NCBI GenBank assembly: GCA_034438015.1
Contig: DAOTTD010000185.1
Location: 31,908 to 95,907, forward strand
Direction: 5' to 3'
Length of the DNA stretch: 64,000 bases
DNA from: Ktedonobacteraceae bacterium
GTDB taxonomy: Bacteria; Chloroflexota; Ktedonobacteria; Ktedonobacterales; Ktedonobacteraceae
Below are positions 17,065 to 27,294 of the stretch, one piece after another. Within the stretch, counting starts at the first letter, position 1; the number at the start of each line of letters is the position of its first letter. Made by a program: the position numbers and the translations under genes. The notes beneath the pieces are model-generated. The model ran no database searches, was not told where the DNA came from, and saw only the letters and a list, made by a program, of their open reading frames with translations.

Positions 17065-17643
17065 ATCGCAGATCTGCCCCGCGCTTTCCTTGCGAAAAAA
17101 CACCATTCCGTGCCCGCCGATTTCGTCAAACGGAGCTCAAAGATTTGATACCACTCTATAGCTTGTGCGTCCTTGATAAAAGTGGAGCTTGAGCGTATAG
17201 TGGTAGTACGAAATAGAGAAAGCGCATGCATATCAGGGAGAAAGTGAGCTCGTTTGCCATGAACCACTGCCGGAAGATCCGGCGTGGCTTGTAGATCACC
17301 ATCGACCGAGACAACGCCTATTCCGTTGTCTCTCCGGTGCCACGATGGGCTGCATGACAACAGCCCGTTGGTAGCTGGCCCAACATTTTTACACAGCAAG
17401 GCCATTCGTTGCTGAAACCCATATGTTGTTGAACGTGCAAACCGGTGGCTCTCCGCTACCAGAGAGTGTCTTAGCATTGGTAGCATAGCAAAAGCGGTAG
17501 GATATCGCAAGAACGCACAAGAAAGGACAGCGAAGAGAGTGGATACATGGACGAGAGTGGCAGCGGCGATCGGAGTAGAGTACCGGGTCCGACTTTCATT
17601 CCTCCCCTGGCTGAAGCCGTAGGGCTTCCTGAAAGGAAACCGT

Positions 17644-18759
17644 GTGAAAAGGATCGCCCATTTCTTTATCACGCTCTTGCAGCGTTGGCACCTCTCCCTC
17701 TTCGAAAAAGTTATCCTGGTGAACAGCCTGATGCTGGTCGGAGAGGCGCTGGCGGGACTATGGGTAACGAGCCACAATCTGGAGAGCCAGCACTACCTGA
17801 TCGACACAAGTTTCATCATCCTGGCAACGCTGCTCACCCTGTTCACCAACATTCTGCTGCTACGTGTGAGCTTTCGTCCCCTCTTCGGTCTCCTCTCGAC
17901 GATCCGCGAGATCAGCGCGGGCATGACACAGGCCAGGGCGCCACAATCCCGCTCGGACAGCGAGGTCAACGAGCTTGCGGAAGCCTTCAATACGATGCTT
18001 GATCGCCTGGAAGATGCGCGCCGCCAACAGGCCACAGTGATTTTACAGGCGCAGGAAGACGAACGGCGGCGCATTGCACTTGAACTGCACGATGAAGCGG
18101 GCCAGAACCTTACCGCGTTATTAGTGCACACGGAACTTTTGCAGCAGAGCCTTGCGCAAGCAACTGGGGACAGAGATGGCACGTATCAGCGCCTGGAGTC
18201 GGGCCTGCAACAACTGGCAAAGCTGACGCAGGACACGCTGGAAAACATTCGCGTCCTCGCGCAGCAACTGCGACCCAGCGTTCTCGACGATCTTGGGCTG
18301 CTGGCGGCGTTCCGCTGGCTGGTCGAAGATAGCGAGGAGCGTTTGCACCTGAACATCGAGTTGCATACCGATGGCATCACGAACGGGGCGCACAGTCTGC
18401 CGCCAGACTATGAAACGGCCCTCTTTCGCATCGCCCAGGAGAGTCTGACCAATATCGCCCGTCATGCCCAGACGCAGTACGCGACACTCTCTCTTATCCA
18501 GAGCCAGAAGCAGATCTGCCTGTTGATTCAAGACAGAGGTTGCGGCTATGACGCGGCGCAACATCCCACCGGTTCAGGCGTTTTCGGCATGCGCGAACGA
18601 GTTGCACTTCTGCATGGTCAATTTACCATCGACACACAGCCTGGACGCGGAACAACGGTGAAGGCGCTTCTGCCTCTTCCTGAAACAAGGGCGGAGCTTA
18701 CAAAAGAGCCGGTACAGATGCAGATCCAGGCGACGGAGAACTCTTATTATGGCAGCTGA
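17644..18759 (+). CDS. Sensor histidine kinase, NarL-partner type (HAMP + HisKA_3 + HATPase)
   Basis: GTG start, two TM helices, H-box ERRRIALELHDEAGQ, C-terminal GSGVFGMRERV. Confidence 0.85.
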   Translation: MKRIAHFFITLLQRWHLSLFEKVILVNSLMLVGEALAGLWVTSHNLESQHYLIDTSFIILATLLTLFTNILLLRVSFRPLFGLLSTIREISAGMTQARAPQSRSDSEVNELAEAFNTMLDRLEDARRQQATVILQAQEDERRRIALELHDEAGQNLTALLVHTELLQQSLAQATGDRDGTYQRLESGLQQLAKLTQDTLENIRVLAQQLRPSVLDDLGLLAAFRWLVEDSEERLHLNIELHTDGITNGAHSLPPDYETALFRIAQESLTNIARHAQTQYATLSLIQSQKQICLLIQDRGCGYDAAQHPTGSGVFGMRERVALLHGQFTIDTQPGRGTTVKALLPLPETRAELTKEPVQMQIQATENSYYGS

Positions 18760-19453
18760 ATTCTCAGAGACAGAACCGATTCGCGTCTTATTGGCAGACG
18801 ACCACGATATTTTGCGACAGGGTTTGAAGTTGCTGCTGGAGGCACAGCCCGATCTACGAGTCGTGGGCGAGGCGCGCACAGGCAAGGGAGCCCTGGAACA
18901 GGTTGCAGAGTCGCAGCCAGACATAGTTGTGCTGGATATCAGCATGCCCGATACGGATGGATTGGAGGCGTGCCAGCGGATACGCGGCCAGTATCCAGAC
19001 ACGCAGGTCCTCATACTGACGATGCACGAGAGCGAGGAGTATTTCTTGCAAGCGCTACGCGTGGGAGCGGCGGGCTATCTCGTCAAAAAGGCGGCTCCTG
19101 CCGAGCTCTGTGCCGCCGTGCGCACCGTAAAGCAAGGAGGGGCATTTCTCTACCCCGGGTTGGCGAAGGCGCTCATAAGGGCATATCTATCGCCACGAAA
19201 CGAACCGCTATCGGGTACCGCGCCGGATGCGTCTGCTACAGGCGTACTGGACGTTTTAACGCCGCGTGAACTGGAGGTCTTAAAACTGGTAGCCGGCGGT
19301 CACACCAACCAGGAGATCGCGGACCGGCTGGTACTGAGCATCAAAACGGTGCAGGCGCACCGGGCCAATGTGATGGAGAAGCTGGGACTACACGATATCA
19401 CCCATCTGGTTCGTTTTGCACTGCGTCACGGCTTGATTCAACCTGATAGCTGA
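18749..19453 (+). CDS. Response regulator, NarL/LuxR family
   Basis: REC domain (LLADDH, DIVVLDISMPD, K in LVKK) plus a LuxR HTH (LTPRELEVLKLVAGGHTNQEIA). Overlaps the kinase gene by 11 nt. Confidence 0.9.
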   Translation: MAAEFSETEPIRVLLADDHDILRQGLKLLLEAQPDLRVVGEARTGKGALEQVAESQPDIVVLDISMPDTDGLEACQRIRGQYPDTQVLILTMHESEEYFLQALRVGAAGYLVKKAAPAELCAAVRTVKQGGAFLYPGLAKALIRAYLSPRNEPLSGTAPDASATGVLDVLTPRELEVLKLVAGGHTNQEIADRLVLSIKTVQAHRANVMEKLGLHDITHLVRFALRHGLIQPDS

Positions 19454-19599
19454 ACCGGATGATGAGAGACCTGCAGCGACGGCACGCGAGAGTATATAGC
19501 GAAATCAGGTAGCTTTTCAATTAAGGATATTAGGAAGAGATAGAGCGCACGGAGAGTGACGAATCTGGAGGATGCACGTTAGTATATAGAGAACGAAAT

Positions 19600-19640
19600 A
19601 CAACAAAGGAGAGCCAGCGAACTGAACTCTCCTTTGTTGT
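19600..19640 (-). terminator. Perfect 14-bp stem-loop; possible terminator for a minus-strand transcript
   Basis: ACAACAAAGGAGAG-N13-CTCTCCTTTGTTGT. On the minus strand it is followed by a moderately U-rich tail (tatttcgttctc). Confidence 0.4.
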
Positions 19641-20063
19641 CCCCCTAGAATAGGGACCCGTACGCTAAGAGCGTGGCACCTCCCCCAAGATGCCGCACCA
19701 TAGCATATACCTGTTCCTGGAGACGCCCGCCGGGTTGTAGCCATCGAGCGTCTCTTTCCTGCTTCTCTCAGGATCACCAGGAAGGTGGCCCTGTCCACAG
19801 GCGTTACTTCCCGCCGAACAGGCGGTACGCGTCCCTTGCCATATGTTACCGTGAGAGCGTTGGACCCCCCCAGGACCACCGCCTCGCGTAACATTTCGTT
19901 CCCCACGCATATAATACCCAATAGCCAGTAAGAAGAGGTTGACGACGCGTTGAGAAGTTATGGAGATTCATCCGAATACGGCGATCCAGGGTTAAGAAAA
20001 CAACATTGAAGGAAAATCGCTGTCAGATACGCCCAGAACTGGCGAATTTTCCAGGAGTTGTTA

Positions 20064-21101
20064 TCATGGCAACAATGAAACCACCGTTACGCCCGCTATC
20101 ACTCCCATCACGACATAATCCATGGTAGCGAACGTCGTTTCGTGGAGCAGGGTCTGGCGGCCCTCAACCTCATAGCCACGGGCCTCTAGCGCCACCGCCA
20201 GGTCCGCAGCGCGGCGCAACGAGCCCTGGACCAGTGGCACGAACAGCATCGAGAGGCTCTGGAAGCGTTCCCGCAGGGTGCCGGAGGTGAGATCGGCGCC
20301 GCGCGAGGACTGGGCTTTGTAGAGTTGCTCGGCCTCCTCCAGCACCGTCGGGATGAAGCGCAGGGCCAGCAGCGACATCAGCGCGAAATCATCGACGGGC
20401 AACTTTAAACGGCGCAGGGGTGCAAGCAGCATCGTCAGCCCCTCGATCAACGCGACCGGCGAGGTTGTCATGGTCAGCAGCATCGAGAAGATCAGGAGGG
20501 CAAACAGGACCAGGAAGCCGCTCAGCAAGGTCCACACGCCGCCATAGGTGATTACGTAGGGGCCGATGGAGAGGGCCTGCGCGCCCGGATTGGAGCCGAT
20601 CAGCCAGAAGGTGACGCACGCCGCCACGGTGAGCAGCAGCGAGGCAACCCTGAGCCAGCGAATGCTACGACGCCGCCAGAACGCACGTAGAGCCGGGACA
20701 GGCAAGAGCGACGACAGGAACAGTGCGGCGAAGATAGCGCCTCCGACGAGAAGCACGATACGCGCAAGACCATACGTCGTTATCAAGGGGCCGAGAGCAG
20801 TGAAGATCTTAGGGTCTTCAGCGGTCGCAGAGAGCAGCGGAATCGCGCTCAGGGCAAAAATGATGAGGATCAGCCAGGTCCGGCGCCATATCTCGCGCGG
20901 CGGGATGCGAGAGAGGGCGATGACTGAGCAGATGAGCGCAACGAGCACGATATAGGGCAGAAAGTGCCATTCGCGATGATTCGCAACGATCAACCACGGC
21001 ACCAGCCAGACCAGGATCAGCAGCTTTGTCCTGGCCTGTAAGTTATGAAACAGGCTATTGCTGGGAAAGTAGGCCCCAACCGGAATATTTCTAAACAACA
21101 T
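20064..21101 (-). CDS. ecfT: ECF transporter transmembrane component EcfT (CbiQ family)
   Basis: Multi-TM protein with the conserved C-terminal ARG..RS...A.ALE.RGY region. Start set at the ATG at 21101 (MLFRNIPVG), just after the ecfA stop. Confidence 0.85.
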   Translation of the reverse strand: MLFRNIPVGAYFPSNSLFHNLQARTKLLILVWLVPWLIVANHREWHFLPYIVLVALICSVIALSRIPPREIWRRTWLILIIFALSAIPLLSATAEDPKIFTALGPLITTYGLARIVLLVGGAIFAALFLSSLLPVPALRAFWRRRSIRWLRVASLLLTVAACVTFWLIGSNPGAQALSIGPYVITYGGVWTLLSGFLVLFALLIFSMLLTMTTSPVALIEGLTMLLAPLRRLKLPVDDFALMSLLALRFIPTVLEEAEQLYKAQSSRGADLTSGTLRERFQSLSMLFVPLVQGSLRRAADLAVALEARGYEVEGRQTLLHETTFATMDYVVMGVIAGVTVVSLLP

Positions 21102-21117
21102 GCGTTTTGCTCTTCCA

Positions 21118-22008
21118 TCAGAATAGGCGTGGAATAGGCGCTTCGCTGCGCAGCCAGGCGAAGGCTTCATCCAGAGTGAAAATATCAAGAGGGACCGCGA
21201 GGCCCTGTTTCCGTAAGAGTGACAGCAGTTCGCTGAGCGGGGGAGCAGCCAGTCCCCATTCCCGCAAGCGCTCGCTCTCAGTATAGATGCTGCGTGGCGG
21301 CCCACGCATCACCAGGCGTCCATCGTACAGGACGAAAAGTTGGTCGGCCAGAGAGGCTACCTCGGTCATGTCGTGCGAGACCAGCACGATCGTCACGCCC
21401 TGTAAGCGTTGGGCGCGGCGCAGGTACATGTAAAACTCGCTGCGCGCATCTGCGTCCAGGCCGACCGTCGGCTCGTCAAGAATGAGGGTCGTGGGGAGCA
21501 TCGCCAGCACGCCAGCAAGAGCGACGCGCCGCCGCTGTCCCCCACTGAGATCAAAGGGCGAGCGCGAACCAAACTCCCGATGGGGCAGGCCGACCGTCTC
21601 CAGGGCCATGTGTACGCGGGTGCGAATCTCGCGGCGTCCCAGGCGCATGCGTTGGGGACCGAAGGCGACATCGGCAAAGACGGTGCGCTCGAAGAGCTGC
21701 GCCTCGGGAAACTGGAAGAGCATGCCCACACGCTGGCGCAGGACGCGTAGATCTGCTCCGCTCGTCCCTACATCGATGCCATCCACCAGCACGGTTCCTG
21801 CTGTGGGGCGCAACAGACCATTGAAATGCTGTATCAGTGTGCTCTTGCCGGACCCTGTTACGCCGATAATGGCGGCGCAACTGCCCCGCGCGATCTCCAG
21901 GTTGACATCTTCCAGAGCAGCTCTACCGATGGGACCGGAATGATAGGTATGCGATAGGTGACGAGTAATGATAATTGGTTCAATCAATGTGTAGCAGCTC
22001 CCTTGCAA
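21118..22008 (-). CDS. ecfA2: ECF transporter ATPase EcfA2
   Basis: Walker A GVTGSGKST, signature LSGGQRRRVALAG, Walker B LILDEPTVGLD. Confidence 0.9.
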   Translation of the reverse strand: MQGSCYTLIEPIIITRHLSHTYHSGPIGRAALEDVNLEIARGSCAAIIGVTGSGKSTLIQHFNGLLRPTAGTVLVDGIDVGTSGADLRVLRQRVGMLFQFPEAQLFERTVFADVAFGPQRMRLGRREIRTRVHMALETVGLPHREFGSRSPFDLSGGQRRRVALAGVLAMLPTTLILDEPTVGLDADARSEFYMYLRRAQRLQGVTIVLVSHDMTEVASLADQLFVLYDGRLVMRGPPRSIYTESERLREWGLAAPPLSELLSLLRKQGLAVPLDIFTLDEAFAWLRSEAPIPRLF

Positions 22009-22837
22009 TAGCTTCTATAGTTACCGCATCCTGCGCGATAGGAAGTCCTTCAGCGCGTAAGCGAGCGGCCAATGCGATAGGTTCGGGGATCGCCAGTTTT
22101 AGAGCGCTCATCAGCTCAAGGTCGGCGAAGACCTCGGCAGGGGAACCTTCGAGAACGCAGCGCCCGCGCTCCATCACAACAACGCGATGGGCCAGCGCAG
22201 CCTCCTCCAATAGATGCGTCACCTGGATGATCGTCAGCCCATACTCCCGGTTGAGCTGGTGCAGGAGGGTAGTGATATCCTGGCGCGAGAGGGGATCGAG
22301 CATCGAAGTCGCCTCGTCAGCGATGATGCAGTGGGGGCGCAGAGCCAGCACACCGGCAATCGCCACGCGCTGTCGCTGGCCACCAGAAAGCCTGTGCGGC
22401 GGCTGCTGGCGGAGATGCGCGATGCCCACTGCCTCCAGCGCCGTCGAGACTCGTTCGCGAATGAGCGAGGCGGGAAGGCCACGTATGGTCAGTGCCCAGG
22501 CCACATCGTCCTCCACGATGGTCGCAATGATCTGGTTATCTGGATTCTGGAAGATGATACCTACATCATCACGAATTGTGCGCTGGAGCGCACGCTCCCT
22601 GGTATCCATGCCCGAGACCAGGACGTGCCCATTATCGGGGAGCAAGAGCGCGTTACAGTGACGAGCAAGCGTCGATTTGCCGCTACCGTTATGGCCCAGC
22701 ACGGCAACGTACTCGCCCTGTTGTATCTGCAAACTCAGATGGTCGAGGGCAAGGATGGACCGTTCATCCTGGACTTTCTTCTGCGCAGGATAGGTGTAAC
22801 TGATTTCCTGTATATCGATGAGTGGTTGTGAACTCAT
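21980..22837 (-). CDS. ecfA1: ECF transporter ATPase EcfA1
   Basis: Walker A GHNGSGKST, signature LSGGQRQRVAIAG, Walker B IIADEATSMLD. Confidence 0.9.
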   Translation of the reverse strand: MSSQPLIDIQEISYTYPAQKKVQDERSILALDHLSLQIQQGEYVAVLGHNGSGKSTLARHCNALLLPDNGHVLVSGMDTRERALQRTIRDDVGIIFQNPDNQIIATIVEDDVAWALTIRGLPASLIRERVSTALEAVGIAHLRQQPPHRLSGGQRQRVAIAGVLALRPHCIIADEATSMLDPLSRQDITTLLHQLNREYGLTIIQVTHLLEEAALAHRVVVMERGRCVLEGSPAEVFADLELMSALKLAIPEPIALAARLRAEGLPIAQDAVTIEAIARELLHID

Positions 22838-23586
22838 GCGCTGACACTCCTTCGTTTGATTATACCGCGTCTGACGGCAAACTTAACGGAGCGTCGTCTC
22901 GCGCGGCGCAGCAATCTGCCGATGCGACCACCGGGGAATGGCCGCACATCGTAGCCGAGGAGGCGCACAAAAACGTTCGTCATACCGTAGATCATAAAGA
23001 CCACAGGACAGAGAGATAGCCAGATCAAAACAAAGTATGACAGCCACCAGTATGTAAAGGCTGCGTTCACAAAAGGCGAGAGCGCTGGATAGAAGGAGGT
23101 CTTCCACCAGACACCCAGCCCGATGTGCGCGGTCAGTATATCCATAAAGGCGATCGCGGCTTTGTAGGCTGCATGGAGCGCATCGACGACCGTTGTCAAC
23201 GGTATGCCAAAAACCAGGGAGGTGAGCAGTAATATTCCGTACAGAGCCAGCGTGCCGCCGGTAGCGCCAAGCAGGAGCATGGGCAAGAAGCGCACACGAT
23301 ATTTCATCACCATACCCAGGAAGAGACCGCCCATGCATTGGATGAGCATCAGGAGGATGGAATGCGACCCCACTATGACCGTGACGACGAAGAGGGCAAC
23401 GCAGAAGCCCATCAATCCCACGTAGAGTCCGCGCCGCAGAACCAGGACCGTGAAGACGATGAAGATGAGCACGCGAAAGAGGTCTCCGGCGATCGGCAGG
23501 TAGATAGATAGCAATTGAAAGATAACGGCGATATCTGCCAGGAGCGCGCCCTCAGCTATCTCCAATGCATTGAGCCTGCGAAACAT
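22834..23586 (-). CDS. Polytopic membrane protein; putative substrate-capture (S) component of the ECF transporter, with an Arg-rich C-terminal tail
   Basis: About 6 TM helices. First gene of the ecf operon, overlapping ecfA1 by 4 nt. Substrate family not recognisable. Confidence 0.5.
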   Translation of the reverse strand: MFRRLNALEIAEGALLADIAVIFQLLSIYLPIAGDLFRVLIFIVFTVLVLRRGLYVGLMGFCVALFVVTVIVGSHSILLMLIQCMGGLFLGMVMKYRVRFLPMLLLGATGGTLALYGILLLTSLVFGIPLTTVVDALHAAYKAAIAFMDILTAHIGLGVWWKTSFYPALSPFVNAAFTYWWLSYFVLIWLSLCPVVFMIYGMTNVFVRLLGYDVRPFPGGRIGRLLRRARRRSVKFAVRRGIIKRRSVSA

Positions 23587-23662
23587 TTTTTTCCTTCATT
23601 CCCCTTCATAAGAATAGTAAATTTCGATTAGTAAACGTCGATACATAAATTTTTCTAGCTGC

Positions 23663-23691
23663 ATTGTAGTGTTTTTTGAGCAAAGGAGCAA
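23663..23691 (-). promoter_or_regulatory. Candidate sigma-70 promoter of the ECF operon (TTGCTC-N17-TACAAT on the minus strand)
   Basis: Plus-strand ATTGTA at 23663-23668 and GAGCAA at 23686-23691 with a 17-nt spacer. Confidence 0.4.
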
Positions 23692-23866
23692 GCCCCCGTG
23701 TGCAATGTCCTGCCTTACGAGAGCATTACAGTCTGTTCAGATCCTCGAAAGACGCCCCCACTATCTCTACTAACGTATTGCCAATGCGCGTCGCAACATG
23801 ATATAGTACGACCCCGTGAGACACGAAACATCCTCATCTTGTAAATAAGTGGAAAGATAGGAATCA

Positions 23867-26131
23867 ATGGCATCTCAGGGAACACGACCCAGAACGAAGA
23901 CACAGGCTCCATTTCACGCAAATCCCCAACAGGCTGCGGCCATCGCACATACCAACGGTCCGGCTGCCTTTATTGCAGCGGCGGGCACAGGCAAGACGTC
24001 GATTCTCGTGCAGCGGCTGGTGCGACTGGTGGCGGAGGCGGGCATCGCGCCCGAGGCTATCCTGTGCGTGACGTTTACACGGGCGGCGGCGGACGAGATG
24101 GAGAAGCGGGCGCTCAAAGCGCTGCGGACGCGGGGCATGGCGGCGAAGGACGTGAAGGCGCTGCGTGTGGTGACGTTCCACGGACTCGGACACCATATGC
24201 TGCGCGAGAAACTGGGGTGGACGCCGCAGGAGTTGAATCAGCGCCTCCTGAGCGGCGATCCGCGCCAGTGGCTGGCGGAGGATATTATCCGGCCCTGGCG
24301 TAGCAATCGCACAAAAGGCATGAACTGGGTTATCGAGATCGCAGGCGTCCTGAGCGCCGTTGATCGCGCTAAAGAAGGGATGGTCAGGCCGGAGCAGTCG
24401 CGCGCTTTCTTCGGCTCGTATCTGGGAATCGAGAACGAGCTGGCCGAACGGTATCAAGAATTTTTTGAACACTATGAGCAGACGAAACAGAAGGAGAAGC
24501 TCTACGACCTCTCTGACCTGATCTATGTGCCACTGACACTGCTCGAAGGCAGTCCCAAATTTCGCCAGACCTGGCAGGCGCGCTACCACTATTTGCAGGT
24601 CGACGAGACGCAGGATACCAATCCATCGCAATATAAGCTCATCCAGTACCTCGCCGCACCCAGGCAGAACGTCGTCGTCGTCGGCGATCCAGACCAGGCG
24701 ATCTACCAGTTCCGCGGGGCCAGTCCCGAGGCGTCGATCCTTTCGTTCAAGGAGATGTATCCGAAGGGTAAGATCTATCACATCGAGGAGAACTATCGCT
24801 CGACGCCGCAGATTCTCGACGCCGCGAACCGCCTGATCAGCCACAACGACATCACGCCGGGCTTCGAGAAAATGCTGCGCCCCACACAGCCGGACGGCGC
24901 GCCGGTACAGGTCACGGCGTATGACGACCAGGAGAACGAGGCCGACGGCATCGCCGCCCGCATCGGGCAACTGGTGCGCACGTGGAAGGAACAGGGCGAG
25001 AGCCTGTCGTACCACGATATCTTTGTGCTCTCGCGCACCAACCATCACCTGGCGTCGCTGGAGATCGCGCTGGCACGCGGAGGCGTCCCCTATCGCACCG
25101 TCGGCGGCTCGTCGTTCTTTAAGCGCAAGACCACGCGCGACATGCTGGCATACCTATCGCTGATCGATGGCATGCGCATCTACCAGGGCTATCTTGCTGC
25201 GCGGAACGGGCCACAGGCACAGAGATGGGACGAGGTCTTCACTCCTGTCCACAGCGGCGAACAGAACGCGGCCTTCCGCACTGTCGCAAATATCCCCTCG
25301 CGCGATTACTTTGCGCGCGCGGGCAAGACATCGCACCGCTTCACACCCACGTTCTACGGCTCGCTCTCTGGCTTCGCCAGTGGACGCCCGCTGTTGCAGT
25401 TCTGCGATGAGCAGGCTTATACCATCGCTGCGGAGCACCAGCTCGGCATCAAGGATTTCGTTGGACTGATTCGCGCAGCCTGGTCGCGCTGCAATAATCA
25501 TCCAGCGGAGGTCATAAGGGTAATTCGCGAGCTGGCCTACGACACGCACCTGCGCCACTACGATAGCAAGCACAAAGACGATCACGAGGAGGAGGCCGAG
25601 ACGCCGACGCATCACGAAGAGACACGGCTGGATGGTCGCTACGACGAGCTCGAAGAGCTGACACAGATCGCGCAACGCCACCATACGATCCGTCACTTCC
25701 TGCACGCTATGGCGGAGCTAAAGGAGCAGGCGGAAGACAGCAGCAAGAACAAACGCGACTGTGTTAGCTTGATGACCATCCACAAATCGAAAGGTTTGGA
25801 GAGTCCGGTGGTGTTCGTGATGGGGCTGACCGAGGGGATCTTCCCGCACCGGCGTTCGTTTACGATGGCGGAGGATGGGCCCATCGCGCTAGCGGGGATA
25901 GCGGAGGAGCGCCGCCTGGCATATGTTGCGTTCACGCGTGCGCAGAAGCTGCTCTTCCTCTCGTCCATTCTGCGCTACCGTGGCAGCGACGCCGTCGCCT
26001 CGCGCTTCATCCAGGAGGCAAGGCTCACGCCGACCGACGAAGATGGGACGCTCAATCCCTATCTCATGCAGCGCGACGGCTCACCGCGTAAGCTCAGTCC
26101 CCTGGTCACGCCGCCAACGCTGTTCGACTAA
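23867..26131 (+). CDS. UvrD/PcrA/Rep-family ATP-dependent DNA helicase
   Basis: Motif I AAAGTGKTS, motif II VDETQDTN, motif III VGDPDQAIYQFRGA, then NYRSTPQIL, MTIHKSKGLE, EERRLAYVAFTRA. Confidence 0.9.
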   Translation: MASQGTRPRTKTQAPFHANPQQAAAIAHTNGPAAFIAAAGTGKTSILVQRLVRLVAEAGIAPEAILCVTFTRAAADEMEKRALKALRTRGMAAKDVKALRVVTFHGLGHHMLREKLGWTPQELNQRLLSGDPRQWLAEDIIRPWRSNRTKGMNWVIEIAGVLSAVDRAKEGMVRPEQSRAFFGSYLGIENELAERYQEFFEHYEQTKQKEKLYDLSDLIYVPLTLLEGSPKFRQTWQARYHYLQVDETQDTNPSQYKLIQYLAAPRQNVVVVGDPDQAIYQFRGASPEASILSFKEMYPKGKIYHIEENYRSTPQILDAANRLISHNDITPGFEKMLRPTQPDGAPVQVTAYDDQENEADGIAARIGQLVRTWKEQGESLSYHDIFVLSRTNHHLASLEIALARGGVPYRTVGGSSFFKRKTTRDMLAYLSLIDGMRIYQGYLAARNGPQAQRWDEVFTPVHSGEQNAAFRTVANIPSRDYFARAGKTSHRFTPTFYGSLSGFASGRPLLQFCDEQAYTIAAEHQLGIKDFVGLIRAAWSRCNNHPAEVIRVIRELAYDTHLRHYDSKHKDDHEEEAETPTHHEETRLDGRYDELEELTQIAQRHHTIRHFLHAMAELKEQAEDSSKNKRDCVSLMTIHKSKGLESPVVFVMGLTEGIFPHRRSFTMAEDGPIALAGIAEERRLAYVAFTRAQKLLFLSSILRYRGSDAVASRFIQEARLTPTDEDGTLNPYLMQRDGSPRKLSPLVTPPTLFD

Positions 26132-26140
26132 GCACGGGCC

Positions 26141-27070
26141 TCAGCCGTCCCGCGCGCCAACCTGGTGTAGATCGGACTCCTGGTCGCGCGCGGGCTGCAA
26201 GAAAGTGCAGAACGCCTGCGCGGCGCGCGAGAGTTGTTTATCAGCGCGCTGGATAAGGCTAAGCTGGGGGCGTAACTCGACACCAGCGATCGGCACCTGC
26301 ACAAGTTCGCCATTCGCCAGTTCGCGCTGAACCGAAAGCGACGAAACAATAGAGGTGCCCACGCCGCTGATCACCATCTGCTTGATCGCCTCGTTATCGG
26401 TAAGCGTAAACAAGGGATGAACCGGTATGGCGTGCCGGAGCAGCTCCTGCTCAACAGCCTCTCGTACACCACTGCCGGGCTCGCGTAGGAGCAGCGTTCC
26501 CTCACTAAGCGCCTGTGGCTGCACGGAAACCAGTTTACTCCAGGGATGTCCGGGCGCCACCACCAGGATCAGTTCATCATAGGCAAAAGCCCGCACTTTC
26601 AGGCCAGGAGAGAGCGTTGAGGCATCGACCTCGACAAGGCCGAAATCCAGGTTCCAGTTCAGCGTCTCGTCCACGATCTCCTGCGAATTGAGGATAGAGA
26701 TATGCAGATCAACCTGGGGATAGCGCGTGCGGAAACGCGCCACGATCGGCGGTAGCAGATAGACGCCCGCCGTCGTGTTCGCCGCCAGCGTCACCTCACC
26801 GCGCTCGACGTCGCGCAACGACGCCAGGGACTCCTCCATCTCGCGCTCCAGAGCAAAGATCCGGCGAGCATAGCCTTGCAGGACGCGACCAGCATGCGTC
26901 AGGGCGATGCGACGTCCCTGGCGCTCGACCAGCGCCAGGCCAATCTCATGCTCCAGGCTCTGAATCGTCTTTGTGACCGCGGGCTGGCTCAGACCCAGCT
27001 CCTCGGATGCACGTGTGACATGCTCAAGTTCAGCCACCTTCAAAAACACGCGCAAATTCTGCAGATTCAT
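26141..27070 (-). CDS. LysR-family transcriptional regulator
   Basis: MNLQNLRVFLKVAELEHVTRASEELGLSQPAVTKTIQSLE wHTH plus a substrate-binding domain. ATG at 27070 follows a GGGAGAGAG RBS. Confidence 0.9.
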   Translation of the reverse strand: MNLQNLRVFLKVAELEHVTRASEELGLSQPAVTKTIQSLEHEIGLALVERQGRRIALTHAGRVLQGYARRIFALEREMEESLASLRDVERGEVTLAANTTAGVYLLPPIVARFRTRYPQVDLHISILNSQEIVDETLNWNLDFGLVEVDASTLSPGLKVRAFAYDELILVVAPGHPWSKLVSVQPQALSEGTLLLREPGSGVREAVEQELLRHAIPVHPLFTLTDNEAIKQMVISGVGTSIVSSLSVQRELANGELVQVPIAGVELRPQLSLIQRADKQLSRAAQAFCTFLQPARDQESDLHQVGARDG

Positions 27071-27294
27071 AATCTCTCTCCCAGTACATCCCCAATGCCG
27101 ACGAAATGTGGTAGTAACTTTATAGTCGCCATAGCCGCCTTGAAGCGATCTCAAAATAGAAACGTCATGATTTTCAGAATATAACCCCCTGGCATTAGTA
27201 TTTTACACCATTTATTTTGCAGATGGAACGAGAGCATTTCGTTTATGCAGGTCTATTCAATTACGTCATCTTTTTTCGTTACTCCAGGGAGGCA

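Noticed and set aside
17061-17777. 238-aa minus-strand ORF as a real gene
   Set aside because: The N-terminal part overlaps the kinase gene and the composition looks non-coding. It is kept only as a low-interest unresolved region.
21975-22831. 228-aa and 205-aa plus-strand ORFs over the ecfA genes
   Set aside because: Antisense shadows of ABC ATPase genes that have intact Walker and signature motifs.
23864-25048. 394-aa ORF antisense to the helicase gene
   Set aside because: Arg/Leu/Asp-rich shadow frame typical of high-GC DNA. The plus-strand frame carries all UvrD helicase motifs.
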